Below are positions 40,936 to 50,230 of a stretch of 64,000 bases of DNA, piece after piece; positions within the stretch are counted from its first letter, which is position 1; every line of letters starts with the position of its first letter. The notes beneath the pieces are model-generated. The model saw nothing but the letters and a program-made list of their open reading frames with translations, made no database searches and was not told where the DNA came from. Made by a program: the position numbers and the translations under genes. The stretch lies in NCBI GenBank assembly GCA_965226495.1, contig OZ245365.1:6176001-6240000 (forward strand), read 5' to 3'. This stretch comes from Candidatus Marinacidobacterales bacterium. Its GTDB lineage: Bacteria > Acidobacteriota > Vicinamibacteria > Marinacidobacterales > DATDRI01.

Positions 40936-42261
40936 CTAATTGCTGCCCGCGATCTCGGCCAGTGCTTCGTAGAAGATCCGGATCCCTTTCCCCATATCCG
41001 TAATCGGCACGCGCTCCGCGTCCCCGTGCATCGAGCTCACGACGTCGGCCGTCAGGATCAGCGGGGTAAGCCCATAGCTCTTAGCACCTTTGTGGCGGAA
41101 GGCATTCGAGTCCGTGCCATAAGGGATGAGGATGGGAACCACCGTGGCGTCCGGATCGTGCCGGACAATCGCTTTCGCGAGGGCACCATAGAGACCGCCT
41201 TCGTAGGGTGTCACGACGCTGTCATCTGATTCGTAAAGGACTTCCAGCTCGATCTCTGGATCATCTAACCGTCGCCGGATCTCCGCCAACCACTCGTCGG
41301 TCGAGGTTCCAGGGAGGAGCCGACAGTCGAGCGTGGCCTCCGCCACCGACGGAATGACGTTTACCTTCACCGGCTCGCCCACTCCCGAACGCAAAGTGGT
41401 GAGGGAAATGGTCGAGTGCTGAATGGCACGAGTGAACTTGTTTTCTCCGAGGGGTCCCAACTCGGTTCGCAGCTGCTCCAGCAGCGGGACGGGCGAGCTC
41501 GGCAGTGGATGCGATAGGAGTCGAGTCAGCGCTCGCACTAGACGATCGTTGGGGTTTTGCGCGTGGGGCTGCGAACCGTGGCCGGCGACGCCTTCCGCCC
41601 GCACCTTCAACCACACGAGCTTTTTTTCCGCGACCGAGATGCCGAACACGAGCTTTCCGTCGACGAAAAGGTCACGGCTACCAAACCCGCCTTCGTCCAA
41701 GACGTACTCGGGATCGAGCTCTTGGTAGTGATTTTCGATCATCCATCTCGCGCCTAGCTCGCCCCCGATCTCCTCGTCAGCCACCGCCATGAAAATGATG
41801 TCACGGGAGAGTGGAGCTCCGGCGCGTTTGAGGGAGAGAAAGGAGTAAAGATGGATCATGCCAAGGGCCTTCATGTCCATGGCGCCTCGGCCCCAGACGT
41901 AGCCGTCTTTCGAGACGCCGCCGAAAGGATCCACGTCCCAGCGCGTGCGATCGGCAGGCACCACGTCCATGTGGTGGAGCAAGAGAATCGGTTTCCCATG
42001 CCCTGAGCCTGCGAGACGCGCGGTCAGGTTCACTTTGCCCGGGGCCGACTCGTACTGTGTGACTTCGACACCTTCCGCCCTTAGGACTCCGGAAAGAAGC
42101 TCGGCGGCGGTCGTGACCTTTCCGGGGGGGTTGGAGGTATCGATGCGAATGTAGTCTGTGAGGGTTCGGACCGCCTCGTCAGCGGTTTGCTCCCAGTTGA
42201 TCTCTTGAGCCCGGGCGCCAAGAGGGGTCAAGAGAAGCACGAGCGGTAAGAGAGCTCTCAT
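40936..42261 (-). CDS. M20/M25/M40 family metallopeptidase
   Basis: LLHHMDVVPA, WGRGAMDMK, ADEEIGG, DEGG, GTD, HGDAER; signal peptide. Confidence 0.95.
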   Translation of the reverse strand: MRALLPLVLLLTPLGARAQEINWEQTADEAVRTLTDYIRIDTSNPPGKVTTAAELLSGVLRAEGVEVTQYESAPGKVNLTARLAGSGHGKPILLLHHMDVVPADRTRWDVDPFGGVSKDGYVWGRGAMDMKALGMIHLYSFLSLKRAGAPLSRDIIFMAVADEEIGGELGARWMIENHYQELDPEYVLDEGGFGSRDLFVDGKLVFGISVAEKKLVWLKVRAEGVAGHGSQPHAQNPNDRLVRALTRLLSHPLPSSPVPLLEQLRTELGPLGENKFTRAIQHSTISLTTLRSGVGEPVKVNVIPSVAEATLDCRLLPGTSTDEWLAEIRRRLDDPEIELEVLYESDDSVVTPYEGGLYGALAKAIVRHDPDATVVPILIPYGTDSNAFRHKGAKSYGLTPLILTADVVSSMHGDAERVPITDMGKGIRIFYEALAEIAGSN

Positions 42262-42473
42262 GGTCGTCACCTGTGAGTCTTGGCTTGCAGCTGTCCGCCT
42301 TCGTTCGCCGTATTGCTCCCGCAAACTTCGGCGGACAACCTTCGCCCCAATCCAAAGGCTGGCTTGTCAACCGAAGCCCAGCGGTTTTGATCACTGGGCG
42401 AAGGTTGGCGGATGGTGTAGTTTGGAGCTATCCGGTCTCGGCTGGATTCCATAAAAAACAGGGAATTTACAGG

Positions 42474-42569
42474 TGTGCCTTCTATTTATTCATCCGCGCC
42501 GACCCGAACCTGATCGGTCTCCGATCTGCCGGGACTATGCCTGCATGATTTCGTCGTTTGTTCGCGCTC
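42474..42569 (+). mobile_element. Left-end fragment of an integrase-core (rve) element
   Basis: TGTGCCTTCTATTTATT..ATGATTTCGTCG matches 55045-55140 and the reverse complement of 48616-48730. Confidence 0.75.
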
Positions 42570-42628
42570 GGCCCTGGGCACGGCCGCAAACACAGACTCT
42601 AAGTTGCTGATTTATGGGCTATTTCAAA

Positions 42629-42795
42629 GGGACTTATAACGATTGATTGACAGGCATTTCTCAAACCACCACATCTTGTGCTCTCGCACTTTACTACATG
42701 TTGTTATATGTAGAGGTGGGATGATTGGGGTGTCTTTGATAAGCTGCTCAAACGCAAGGGGTTACTAACATTGTCAATCAATCGTTATAAGTCCC
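42629..42795. mobile_element. 167-bp MITE with 24-bp perfect TIRs and 8-bp target-site duplication (IS1595-like)
   Basis: GGGACTTATAACGATTGATTGACA / TGTCAATCAATCGTTATAAGTCCC; ATTTCAAA on both sides. Confidence 0.88.
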
Positions 42796-42885
42796 ATTTC
42801 AAAAGGGCTGAGTTTTGGCACAGGACGGGATGCTCTCAAGCCTTGCCGGATCCTGGTTGATACAAAATCCGAGGCAAGTGAGGGC

Positions 42886-42979
42886 TGTGCTCCGCAAAAA
42901 GTCGATCCGGCGTTGATTGCGCGGGTTAGACCTACCATAGTCGGCTGCTTCTGGCCGGTTTTCTTTTTTGCGGATCACA
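42886..42979. mobile_element. 94-bp MITE-like element (TGTG..CACA ends)
   Basis: TGTGCTCCGCAAAAA / TTTTTGCGGATCACA (14/15 IR); relatives at 45107-45131 and 63703-63758. Confidence 0.65.
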
Positions 42980-43030
42980 ACAGCCAGCGGCCAACGTGGT
43001 CAATACCGGAAAATCAGGTGTTGCCTAGCC

Positions 43031-44446
43031 CTAGCTGAAGTCCACCCCGAAGAACAGCACCGCGATGATGATCGCCGCCACGGCCAGCGGCGACACGAAC
43101 TGAATGAAGAACCGCCACGCTCCATAGTTGAACCACCTGGGTTCTGAGCCATCCACGAGCTCCCGCTCGGTGTAATTGCGCGTCAGGAACCAGCCCGCCG
43201 CGATCGTGATCGCAAATCCCCCGGTCGGGAGCATCCAGTTCGACACGAAGTGGTCGACCATGCCGAACCAGCTCGTCTTGCCGCCGAAGAGCATCTGGCC
43301 GAGCGCGCCGCCGAGTTGGAGCTCGGTGATCGCGCCGACACCACCGAACGACAACGCGGCGAGGACCGTGAAGGCAAACACCGCACCGCCACACAGCAGC
43401 GTCGCCGTGGCCCGCGGCATGTGGTGTTCGTCGATCACGTAGGCAGCGACCACTTCCAGTAGCGACATCGTCGAGGTGAGCGCCGCGAGGGCCACCAGCA
43501 CGTAGAAGAGTGGCCCCAGGAATGCCCCGAACGGGACCTCGGTGAAGAACAGCTGCGGCAGCGAGATGAAGAGCATCCCCACAGTGCCCGTGCCGCTGAC
43601 CTGCTCATCCATACCCGGCACGCTGAAGATCACCGAGAACATGATCACCGTGGCCACGAGTGCGATCAGCGTATCGAGCACGACGATGATCGCCGAGGCT
43701 TTCACGATCGACTGATGCTTTGCGATGTACGAGCCGTACGTCACCATCGCGCCCATGCCGAGCGAGAGCGTGAAGAACGCGTGGCCGAGCGCCTCGAGGA
43801 CGCTCCCCCCATCCAACTCGCCGAAGCGCGGCAGGAAGATGAAGCGGAGCGCCTCACCGGCCCCGGCCATCTCCAAGGCGGAGACGAGCAGCAAGACGAG
43901 GATCCCGAAGAGAATCGGCAGAAAGACACGCGCGATGCGCTCGATGCCCTTTTGGACGCCGAAGTAGACGACCGAGACCGTGGCGATACTGAACCCGAGA
44001 GACAAGCCAAGCTGTAGGCCGCCATTGGCCGCCTGCGCACCGAACAGCTCGCCCATCGAGGCGCCCGCCGGGAATCCACCGACCGACCAGCCCGCGGACT
44101 TGGCGAAGTAGAAGAGCGACCAGCCCGCAATCACCGTGTAGTAGCTGAGCAGCAGAAAGCCGCAGAGCACGCCCCAGAGGCCAACGATGCCCCACGCCGG
44201 CCCGATGGCCTGCTTGAGCGCCCCGACCACGCTCTTCTGCGTCGCTCGCCCGATCAGCAGTTCGGCCATCATGATGGGCAGGCCCACGGCGGCGATGCAC
44301 ACGAGGTACACGAGGACGAAGGCCCCGCCGTTGTTCTCCCACGTGACGAACGGGAACTTCCACAGGTTGCCGAGGCCGATCGCGCTCCCGGTCGCGGCGA
44401 GAATTAAGCCGGTGTTCGAACTCCAATGACCGCGCGGCTCTGACAT
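43031..44446 (-). CDS. Sodium-dependent transporter (NSS/SNF family)
   Basis: GSAIGLGNLWKFP, NGGAFV, AE..IGR, KGIER, FFTLSLGMG, YGSY. Confidence 0.96.
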   Translation of the reverse strand: MSEPRGHWSSNTGLILAATGSAIGLGNLWKFPFVTWENNGGAFVLVYLVCIAAVGLPIMMAELLIGRATQKSVVGALKQAIGPAWGIVGLWGVLCGFLLLSYYTVIAGWSLFYFAKSAGWSVGGFPAGASMGELFGAQAANGGLQLGLSLGFSIATVSVVYFGVQKGIERIARVFLPILFGILVLLLVSALEMAGAGEALRFIFLPRFGELDGGSVLEALGHAFFTLSLGMGAMVTYGSYIAKHQSIVKASAIIVVLDTLIALVATVIMFSVIFSVPGMDEQVSGTGTVGMLFISLPQLFFTEVPFGAFLGPLFYVLVALAALTSTMSLLEVVAAYVIDEHHMPRATATLLCGGAVFAFTVLAALSFGGVGAITELQLGGALGQMLFGGKTSWFGMVDHFVSNWMLPTGGFAITIAAGWFLTRNYTERELVDGSEPRWFNYGAWRFFIQFVSPLAVAAIIIAVLFFGVDFS

Positions 44447-44831
44447 GTGTCGTTCTCCGATCGATGGCGTGGTCTACGGGAGGCGATGCGGCCCCAACAG
44501 ATCCCGGCCCGTGAAGTCTCGCCCAGTAGACGTTACGTAAATACTCTAAAGGATTTCTGTCGGACCAGCGAGCGGCACGGCAGTATCGCGCGTCAGCACG
44601 CTACGGAAAGTCATCCGACCGTGGCGGCCGCCACGCACCTGGGTACTTTCGAGTGAACGAACGATTTCGGTCACTCCTGAACCGCCCCTGGGGCGGTTCA
44701 GTGCCGCCGCTACCCCAAATTCAACATCCGGCGGGACATCCCCCCGCGAGCACGGAGGTGATTACAGCTTTGAAGGTTTTCGAGCTTCTCACAAGTTCTT
44801 GTCAATAGGTGTGTAAAAAAGTTCAGGCAGC

Positions 44832-44997
44832 GGTGCTTCCGCCATTAAGTGTTGGTGAGATGACGCTAAGACTTTACGCTGCATTAAATTACAGCCAAAA
44901 TAGCGCTCGCGACCTTCGCCGCGCGCTAAATGGAGCGTAAGCTCTTTTTTTGCAAAGGGATACGTACACATCACCAACAGCAAACAGCGCAAGCACC
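44832..44997. mobile_element. 166-bp MITE with imperfect GGTGCTT-type TIRs
   Basis: GGTGCTTCCGCCATTAAGTGTTGGTGA vs GGTGCTTGCGCTGTTTGCTGTTGGTGA; inverted second copy at 61836-62002. Confidence 0.75.
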
Positions 44998-45204
44998 TCT
45001 CAAGCACGTTATTGCGTCGGTGGCCCGGCGGCGACAGTGTGCAGAATTTCCACCGCGTCGAAGACGAGTTCGCAGGGCGGCGCTCTCATGGCTGTCTGCC
45101 CGTCGATACGCGATCTTTTTTGCGGATCACAGGCGGATTACACGGACACGAACGGGACGCCGACCAGTAGTTTTCCGCTCAATCTTAACCTCAATCAGAC
45201 TCCT

Positions 45205-45413
45205 CTAGAAAAGGTACTTTAAGTTCAGGCCGACGCCGAACATTTGGATGTCGCCGACCTCAAGGCCGCCCGACACAGGCTCGCTGCCATCCCTGCGAAG
45301 ATTGGGCGGGTGGCTGCGCAGTGGATCCCAGACAATACTGTCGTCGTTTCGAAAAGAATGAAAGTTAACCCAGCGTCCCTTAACCCCGAGCAGTAATACT
45401 TCGGTGAGCGCGT
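45205..45413 (-). pseudogene. C-terminal remnant of an outer-membrane beta-barrel gene
   Basis: Ends MFGVGLNLKYLF*; cut off by the transposon end at ~45414. Confidence 0.45.
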
Positions 45414-45501
45414 TGTGCATCGTCAAAACTGCTCCGCCCACGAAATCAAGGACTTACGCTCCGCTTGAATTCCGGGCCGAAGACGGCGAAACTCCGCCGC
45501 T

Positions 45502-46551
45502 ATGCTCAACGTTGTTGTCTTCCTCGTCTCACTTGGCGTCCGTGCCATTCGGGCGATGTGTCGGCGCCGCGCCGACCTGGTGTTGGAGAACGTCGCTTTG
45601 CGGCAGCAAGTGACGGCGCTGAAGAAAGAGCGCCCACGCCCACCGCTCGACGACACGGAACGGGCTTTCTGGGTTGCCCTTCGAGGTTCGTGGCCCGTGT
45701 GGGCGAGCCGCCTGCTCATCGTCCACGCGGACACCGTAGCCCGTTGGCATCGCGACCGATTCCGACGGTACTGGGCAAATATCTCGCAGCGCCGCCATCC
45801 CGGTCGGCCTCGGATTGATGCCGAGATTCGCCGCCTCGTCCGCACGATGGCGCAAGACGGCTGGGGGGCGCCACGCATCCATGCTGAGCTCACCAAGCTC
45901 GGTTTCATCATCTCCGAGATTACGGTGTCGCGATACCTACCGCGGCATCCCGCGGAGCCCGACCAGCTGAAGCGATGGATGGCTTTCTTGCGCAACCATA
46001 AAGACGATATCGCCGCCATGGATCTGTTCACCGTGCCCACCGCGTCGCTCCGGCTGCTGTACGGCTTCTTCGTCATCGAGCACGGCCGTCGGCACATCGT
46101 TCACTTCAACGCCACCTTCCACCCGACGTCTGCTTGGGTTATTCAGCAACTGCGTGAGGCGTTTCCCTACGACACTGCTCCGAAATATCTCATCTTCGAT
46201 CGCGACTTCATCTTTAGCGCTGCGGTCATCGAGTTCATCAAAGCAACGGGCACAAAACCCGTTCGCACTTCGTTTCGCAGCCCATGGCAAAACGGAACTG
46301 CGGAGCGGTGGGTCGGCAGCTGCCGTCGCGAGCTCCTTGAGCACGTCGTGGTTCTCGGCGCATGTCATCTCATCCGGCTCGTGCAAGCTTACATCAGCTA
46401 CTATCACGAGGACCGTTGCCACTTGGGGCTGAACAAGGACACACCGAGCTTGAGAGCGGTCACGCACCGACCGTCTCCTACGGCGAAAGTAGTCGCACTG
46501 CCGCGAGTCGGTGGATTGCACCATCGATACGAGTGGCGAGAGGCAGCCTGA
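45502..46551 (+). mobile_element. Integrase-core (rve/DDE) transposase, apparently intact
   Basis: LENVALRQQ, GRPRI, WGAPRIHAEL, AMDLFTV, LIFDRD, SPWQNG.AER, GGLHHRY; end motif TGTGCATCGTCAAAA at 45414. Confidence 0.92.
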
Positions 46552-46715
46552 GTCAGCTTGGTCGCTCGCGTTACTCGGCTGGTCGCCGAGAAGTTCGTCC
46601 TCAGCACCTTCCCTCGCGCGCTGACCACGCTCTCCAGCATGTGCTCGAGGGCAGTCCGGGCCTAGAGTCCAGTCCCGGATTAATAATGATGATGGACAGG
46701 CCCTTGGCCCAGTCG

Positions 46716-46775
46716 CTAAGCTGCTGATTTATGGTCTATTTCGAAAGGGCCGAGTTTTGGCACAGGACGGGGTCA
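46716..46775 (-). repeat. 60-bp repeat (IS-end-like), inverted partner of 50705-50764
   Basis: 58/60 identity to the reverse complement of 50705-50764; further copies near 42600-42829 and 55452-55520. Confidence 0.9.
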
Positions 46776-47089
46776 TGGAAAGCGACTCCGGCCACATGGC
46801 TGAAAAACGAGCTGCTCATGGTACTAGTCGGCTGCTAGAGGAACAGGCCGATCCCGCGGCTCGGCTCTCTGACCCAGAAATCCGCCTAACAGCCCTTGAA
46901 GAGCTTGATGAACTCCTTGCCCTCTTCACGGAAGACCAGACTGCTCTCGAACTCCTCCGCCTGAAGGGCGATGGCCTTTCTGCGTCCGGGATTCAGCGCG
47001 AACTCGGCATGGGAAAGACGCAGTACGACACCGTCACCAAGCGGATTCGCCGTCGCCTTGCCAAATACCTATCCGAGGGAGGCCAGTGA
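46757..47089 (+). pseudogene. 5'-truncated sigma-factor-region-4-like HTH protein
   Basis: ALELLRLKGDGLSASGIQRELGMGKTQYDTVTKRIRRRL; the ORF start lies inside the 60-bp repeat; stop overlaps the next start. Confidence 0.6.
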
Positions 47090-47628
47090 CCATGGAGCCA
47101 AAGAAACAGAACCGGACCAAGATTAACCGAGCACTACGAGATTGTCTCCTTGAGGCGTCGGAAGGCGAGCTTCGTGAAACACTCGCCGATACAGGACAGG
47201 ACTTCGATTCGCTAGCGGCTCGTGGCCGTGCTGCTGCGCAGCGAGCCCTCGCTAAACTGCCCGACGCCGCAGATGTTCAAGACCTGCACCGCGGCCTCGG
47301 TGCGATCCTTCAGATGCTTCGCCGACGCGAGCAGCTTTCCGCGGACAAGCTTGCTCAGGAGGCCCGCGTCAACGTTTCTGAGTTGCGCCGCATCGAGCTC
47401 GACCCAACGTTCGACCCGAACCCACGCACTATCTTCCAGCTCGAGCAGTACTTCAAGCTTCCCTCAAGAAGCCTAGTGGTGCTGTCCGGCGCCGTTCACG
47501 TCGACGACAATGTGCGCGAGGAGGTCGTCCGCTTTGCCGCGAGTTCCGGGGACATCTCTGGACTTACGAAGGAGCAGCGCAAGCACCTTAACCGATTCGT
47601 GAAGTTCCTTCGAGAGAACACCGACTGA
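47086..47628 (+). CDS. XRE-family HTH transcriptional regulator with N- and C-terminal extensions
   Basis: LGAILQMLRRREQLSADKLAQEARVNVSELRRIE..PNPRTIFQLEQYFKLP; RBS GAGGGAGG. Confidence 0.85.
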   Translation: MTMEPKKQNRTKINRALRDCLLEASEGELRETLADTGQDFDSLAARGRAAAQRALAKLPDAADVQDLHRGLGAILQMLRRREQLSADKLAQEARVNVSELRRIELDPTFDPNPRTIFQLEQYFKLPSRSLVVLSGAVHVDDNVREEVVRFAASSGDISGLTKEQRKHLNRFVKFLRENTD

Positions 47629-48551
47629 TGAAGAACCGGCCGATAGACCCGTTCGCGGCGCAAGATATTGAGGACCAGGTTGACAAGGTTCTGCGTGGTC
47701 TGGGCAACCCAGAGCCACCTTTGGACCTGCGCGACGTGCGCGAGTTGCTCAAACTCGACCTTCAGTTCTACAGCAGCACGAACACCGGACCGCTGCGCGA
47801 GTTCGTGAGCAAGGTTAAGCTGGGGGCGAAGCAGCTCGCGATGAAGCCCACCCTCATCCTCGACTTGGTCCGCCAGGCAGGCTTGAAGGCCCTTTGGCTT
47901 CCTGACAGAAAGCGCATCCTCATCGACGAAGGTATGCCTGACCTCAAGATGCGGCACACAGAAGGCCATGAAATCACACACAGCATCACGCCGCACCACC
48001 GCCTGTTCTTGTTTGGCGATGACCGCGAGACGTTGCGTACCTCGTGCCACGAGAAGCTCGAGGCGGAGGCGAACTTCGGCTCCGGACAGCTCCTTTTCAT
48101 CCGGGGCCGCTTCGTTGCCGAGGCCCATGACCTTCCCCGAACGCTGGCAACCGTTCGCGCACTGGCCAAGACCTTCGGTAACACCATAACGATGACACTG
48201 TGGCGTCTTGTCGAAGAAGCGCACGATGACGAGCCCCTCTTCGGGGTCATCTCTCCGCACCCGAAGTACCTCTGCGACGACTTCGATCCGAGGACACCGT
48301 GTCGCTACTTCGTCGAATCACCGGCGTTCCGTGAGAGCTTCGGTATCGTCACTGAAGTAGCAGCCTTCGAGGCGATCCAAGGCTACACGTCATGGGCACA
48401 TGGCGGCTCATTGGGCGAGGGAGAAGTTGTCTTCGTCAGTCGTGACGATGAACGCCATCGCTTTCACATGGAGACGTTCTTCAACCGTCACGAAGCACTC
48501 ACTCTTGGCGTCTATCTCGGTCCCGTTTGTTCACACGTGGTCGTGCCTTGA
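47628..48551 (+). CDS. ImmA/IrrE-family zinc metallopeptidase
   Basis: PPLDL, RILID, RHTEGHEITH (HExxH), EAEANFGSGQLLF, LAKTFG; TGATG coupling. Confidence 0.88.
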   Translation: MKNRPIDPFAAQDIEDQVDKVLRGLGNPEPPLDLRDVRELLKLDLQFYSSTNTGPLREFVSKVKLGAKQLAMKPTLILDLVRQAGLKALWLPDRKRILIDEGMPDLKMRHTEGHEITHSITPHHRLFLFGDDRETLRTSCHEKLEAEANFGSGQLLFIRGRFVAEAHDLPRTLATVRALAKTFGNTITMTLWRLVEEAHDDEPLFGVISPHPKYLCDDFDPRTPCRYFVESPAFRESFGIVTEVAAFEAIQGYTSWAHGGSLGEGEVVFVSRDDERHRFHMETFFNRHEALTLGVYLGPVCSHVVVP

Positions 48552-48615
48552 AATCGTATTGGCCGATGTCCGGCACCTCCTTGTTTGCGGGCAGAGGGAA
48601 GTAGAACGCAACGCT

Positions 48616-48730
48616 AGCCTTGAAGGCAGAGACGAGAGCGCGAACAAACAACGAATTCATGCCGGCATGGTGCCGGCAGACCGGAGACTAATCAAGTTCG
48701 GTGCGCGCGGATGAATAAATAGAAGGCACA
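48616..48730 (-). mobile_element. rve-element left-end scar between the peptidase and the Ubl gene
   Basis: Reverse-complement match to 55045-55160 and 42474-42569. Confidence 0.8.
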
Positions 48731-48801
48731 GGATTTCAAGGAATATCAATCCGAACACTGGATCGAGGAACTTGAAAAGACGATTCAAAGGAGGGTTTCC
48801 A

Positions 48802-49059
48802 ATGACCAAACCTGACACCGACAAAGGCTTCGACATCATCGTCAACGGCACAAACTATCCCGTCCCCAACGACGAGGTCTCATTCGATCAAGTCGTCGAT
48901 CTCGCGTATCCCAACGGAGGTCGAGGTCCACTGATCAAGTATACGGTGGATTTTTACAACGGCGCCGGTCGGCCACCGGAAGGCAAGCTGACCGCAGGCC
49001 AGGAAGCCAAAATCAAAGACGGGACCGTGTTCAATGTCACGCGCACTGATCGCTCGTAA
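48802..49059 (+). CDS. Ubiquitin-like protein (single multi-ubiquitin-type domain)
   Basis: IIVNG..VSFDQVV.LAY..YTV.F..G.L..G....IKDGTVFNVT.TDRS; RBS AAGGAGG. Confidence 0.82.
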   Translation: MTKPDTDKGFDIIVNGTNYPVPNDEVSFDQVVDLAYPNGGRGPLIKYTVDFYNGAGRPPEGKLTAGQEAKIKDGTVFNVTRTDRS

Positions 49060-50230
49060 TGCGGATCTGCGAAGACTCGAGGAAGAGGGTTACACGCTTC
49101 GCATCGTTGACGACGCGTATCTCTTGATCGAGAACGTCCCGTATGTCACGGCTCAAGGCGATGTCCAGGAAGGCACCTTGGTCATGGAACTAACTTTGAG
49201 TGGAGATCGCACGGTCCAACCAACCACCCATGTCGCCCGCTGGACCGGCGAGTTTCCTTACGAAGCCAGCGGCGACAAGCTCCTTGCGTTGATTCGCGAA
49301 GATGCAACAAAAGGTTTGCTCTCCGAATCCATTCCGCCCGTGTACCAGCTTTCGGCCAAGCCTGACAGGGGCTATAAAAACTACCACCACAAGGTAACTA
49401 CCTATGTAGACATACTCAGCCGTGAGGCTCGTTGCATCTCCTCCGATTCGACGGCCCAACAGTGGAAGGTCGTTGCCGACCGCGACGACGCCGACAGCGT
49501 CTTTCTCTTTGCGGACACCGCATCCGCCCGGCAGAACACTGCCGACCTCGCCCGAAAGCTCCAGCACGAGCAAGTAGCCATCGTCGGTGTAGGTGGTACT
49601 GGCTCCTATATCCTCGACTTGATTGCGAAGACATGGGTGCGCGAAATCCATCTCTTCGACGACGACCGATTTCTCCAACACAACGCATTCCGGTCGCCCG
49701 GCCCCTTCTCCCGAGACGAACTCGAAGGAGGACCGTTCAAGTCGATATTTCATGCCGAGAGATACTCGCGCATGCGCAAGGCACTCATCGCATCCACCAC
49801 ATGCATTGACGAGACCAACGTCCAGCAATTAGGCGTATTCGACACGGTTTTTCTCTGTATGGACGGGCATCCGATCAAGGCTCAGATCCTAGAGACCTGC
49901 ATGGCCCACGACACCTTACTCATCGACGTCGGTATGGGCCTGTACCGCGTAAACGACTCGATCGCAGGCGTCATCCGGACAACCACCTTCTGCCCGGAAC
50001 ACCACCACCACGCCGAGGCCTGCATAGACCTGGCCGGCGACGATGCGCCAGGCGAGTACGAGCGGAATGCCCAGCTTGCCGAGCTGAATGCGCTGAACGC
50101 CGCGCTCGCTGTCATCAAGTGGAAGAAAGCAAGGGGCTTCTACAACGACCTAACACGGGAACTCAACAGCGAATACGTCATTGACGGCGACAAGCTCATC
50201 AACTCCTACTGCCTAGACGAACCCTCGTGA
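49034..50230 (+). CDS. DUF6791-like N-terminal domain fused to ThiF/E1-like adenylyltransferase
   Basis: VAIVGVGGTGSYILD, IHLFDDD.F.QHN.FR, FLCMD, IDVGMG, Y..N.Q.AELNALNA. Confidence 0.9.
   Translation: MSRALIARNADLRRLEEEGYTLRIVDDAYLLIENVPYVTAQGDVQEGTLVMELTLSGDRTVQPTTHVARWTGEFPYEASGDKLLALIREDATKGLLSESIPPVYQLSAKPDRGYKNYHHKVTTYVDILSREARCISSDSTAQQWKVVADRDDADSVFLFADTASARQNTADLARKLQHEQVAIVGVGGTGSYILDLIAKTWVREIHLFDDDRFLQHNAFRSPGPFSRDELEGGPFKSIFHAERYSRMRKALIASTTCIDETNVQQLGVFDTVFLCMDGHPIKAQILETCMAHDTLLIDVGMGLYRVNDSIAGVIRTTTFCPEHHHHAEACIDLAGDDAPGEYERNAQLAELNALNAALAVIKWKKARGFYNDLTRELNSEYVIDGDKLINSYCLDEPS

Noticed and set aside
49034-50230. Housekeeping ThiF/MoeB for thiamine or molybdopterin synthesis, or CBASS Cap2
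   Set aside because: No CxxC zinc sites, no GG-ending sulfur carrier and no biosynthesis genes; no CD-NTase or JAB gene nearby
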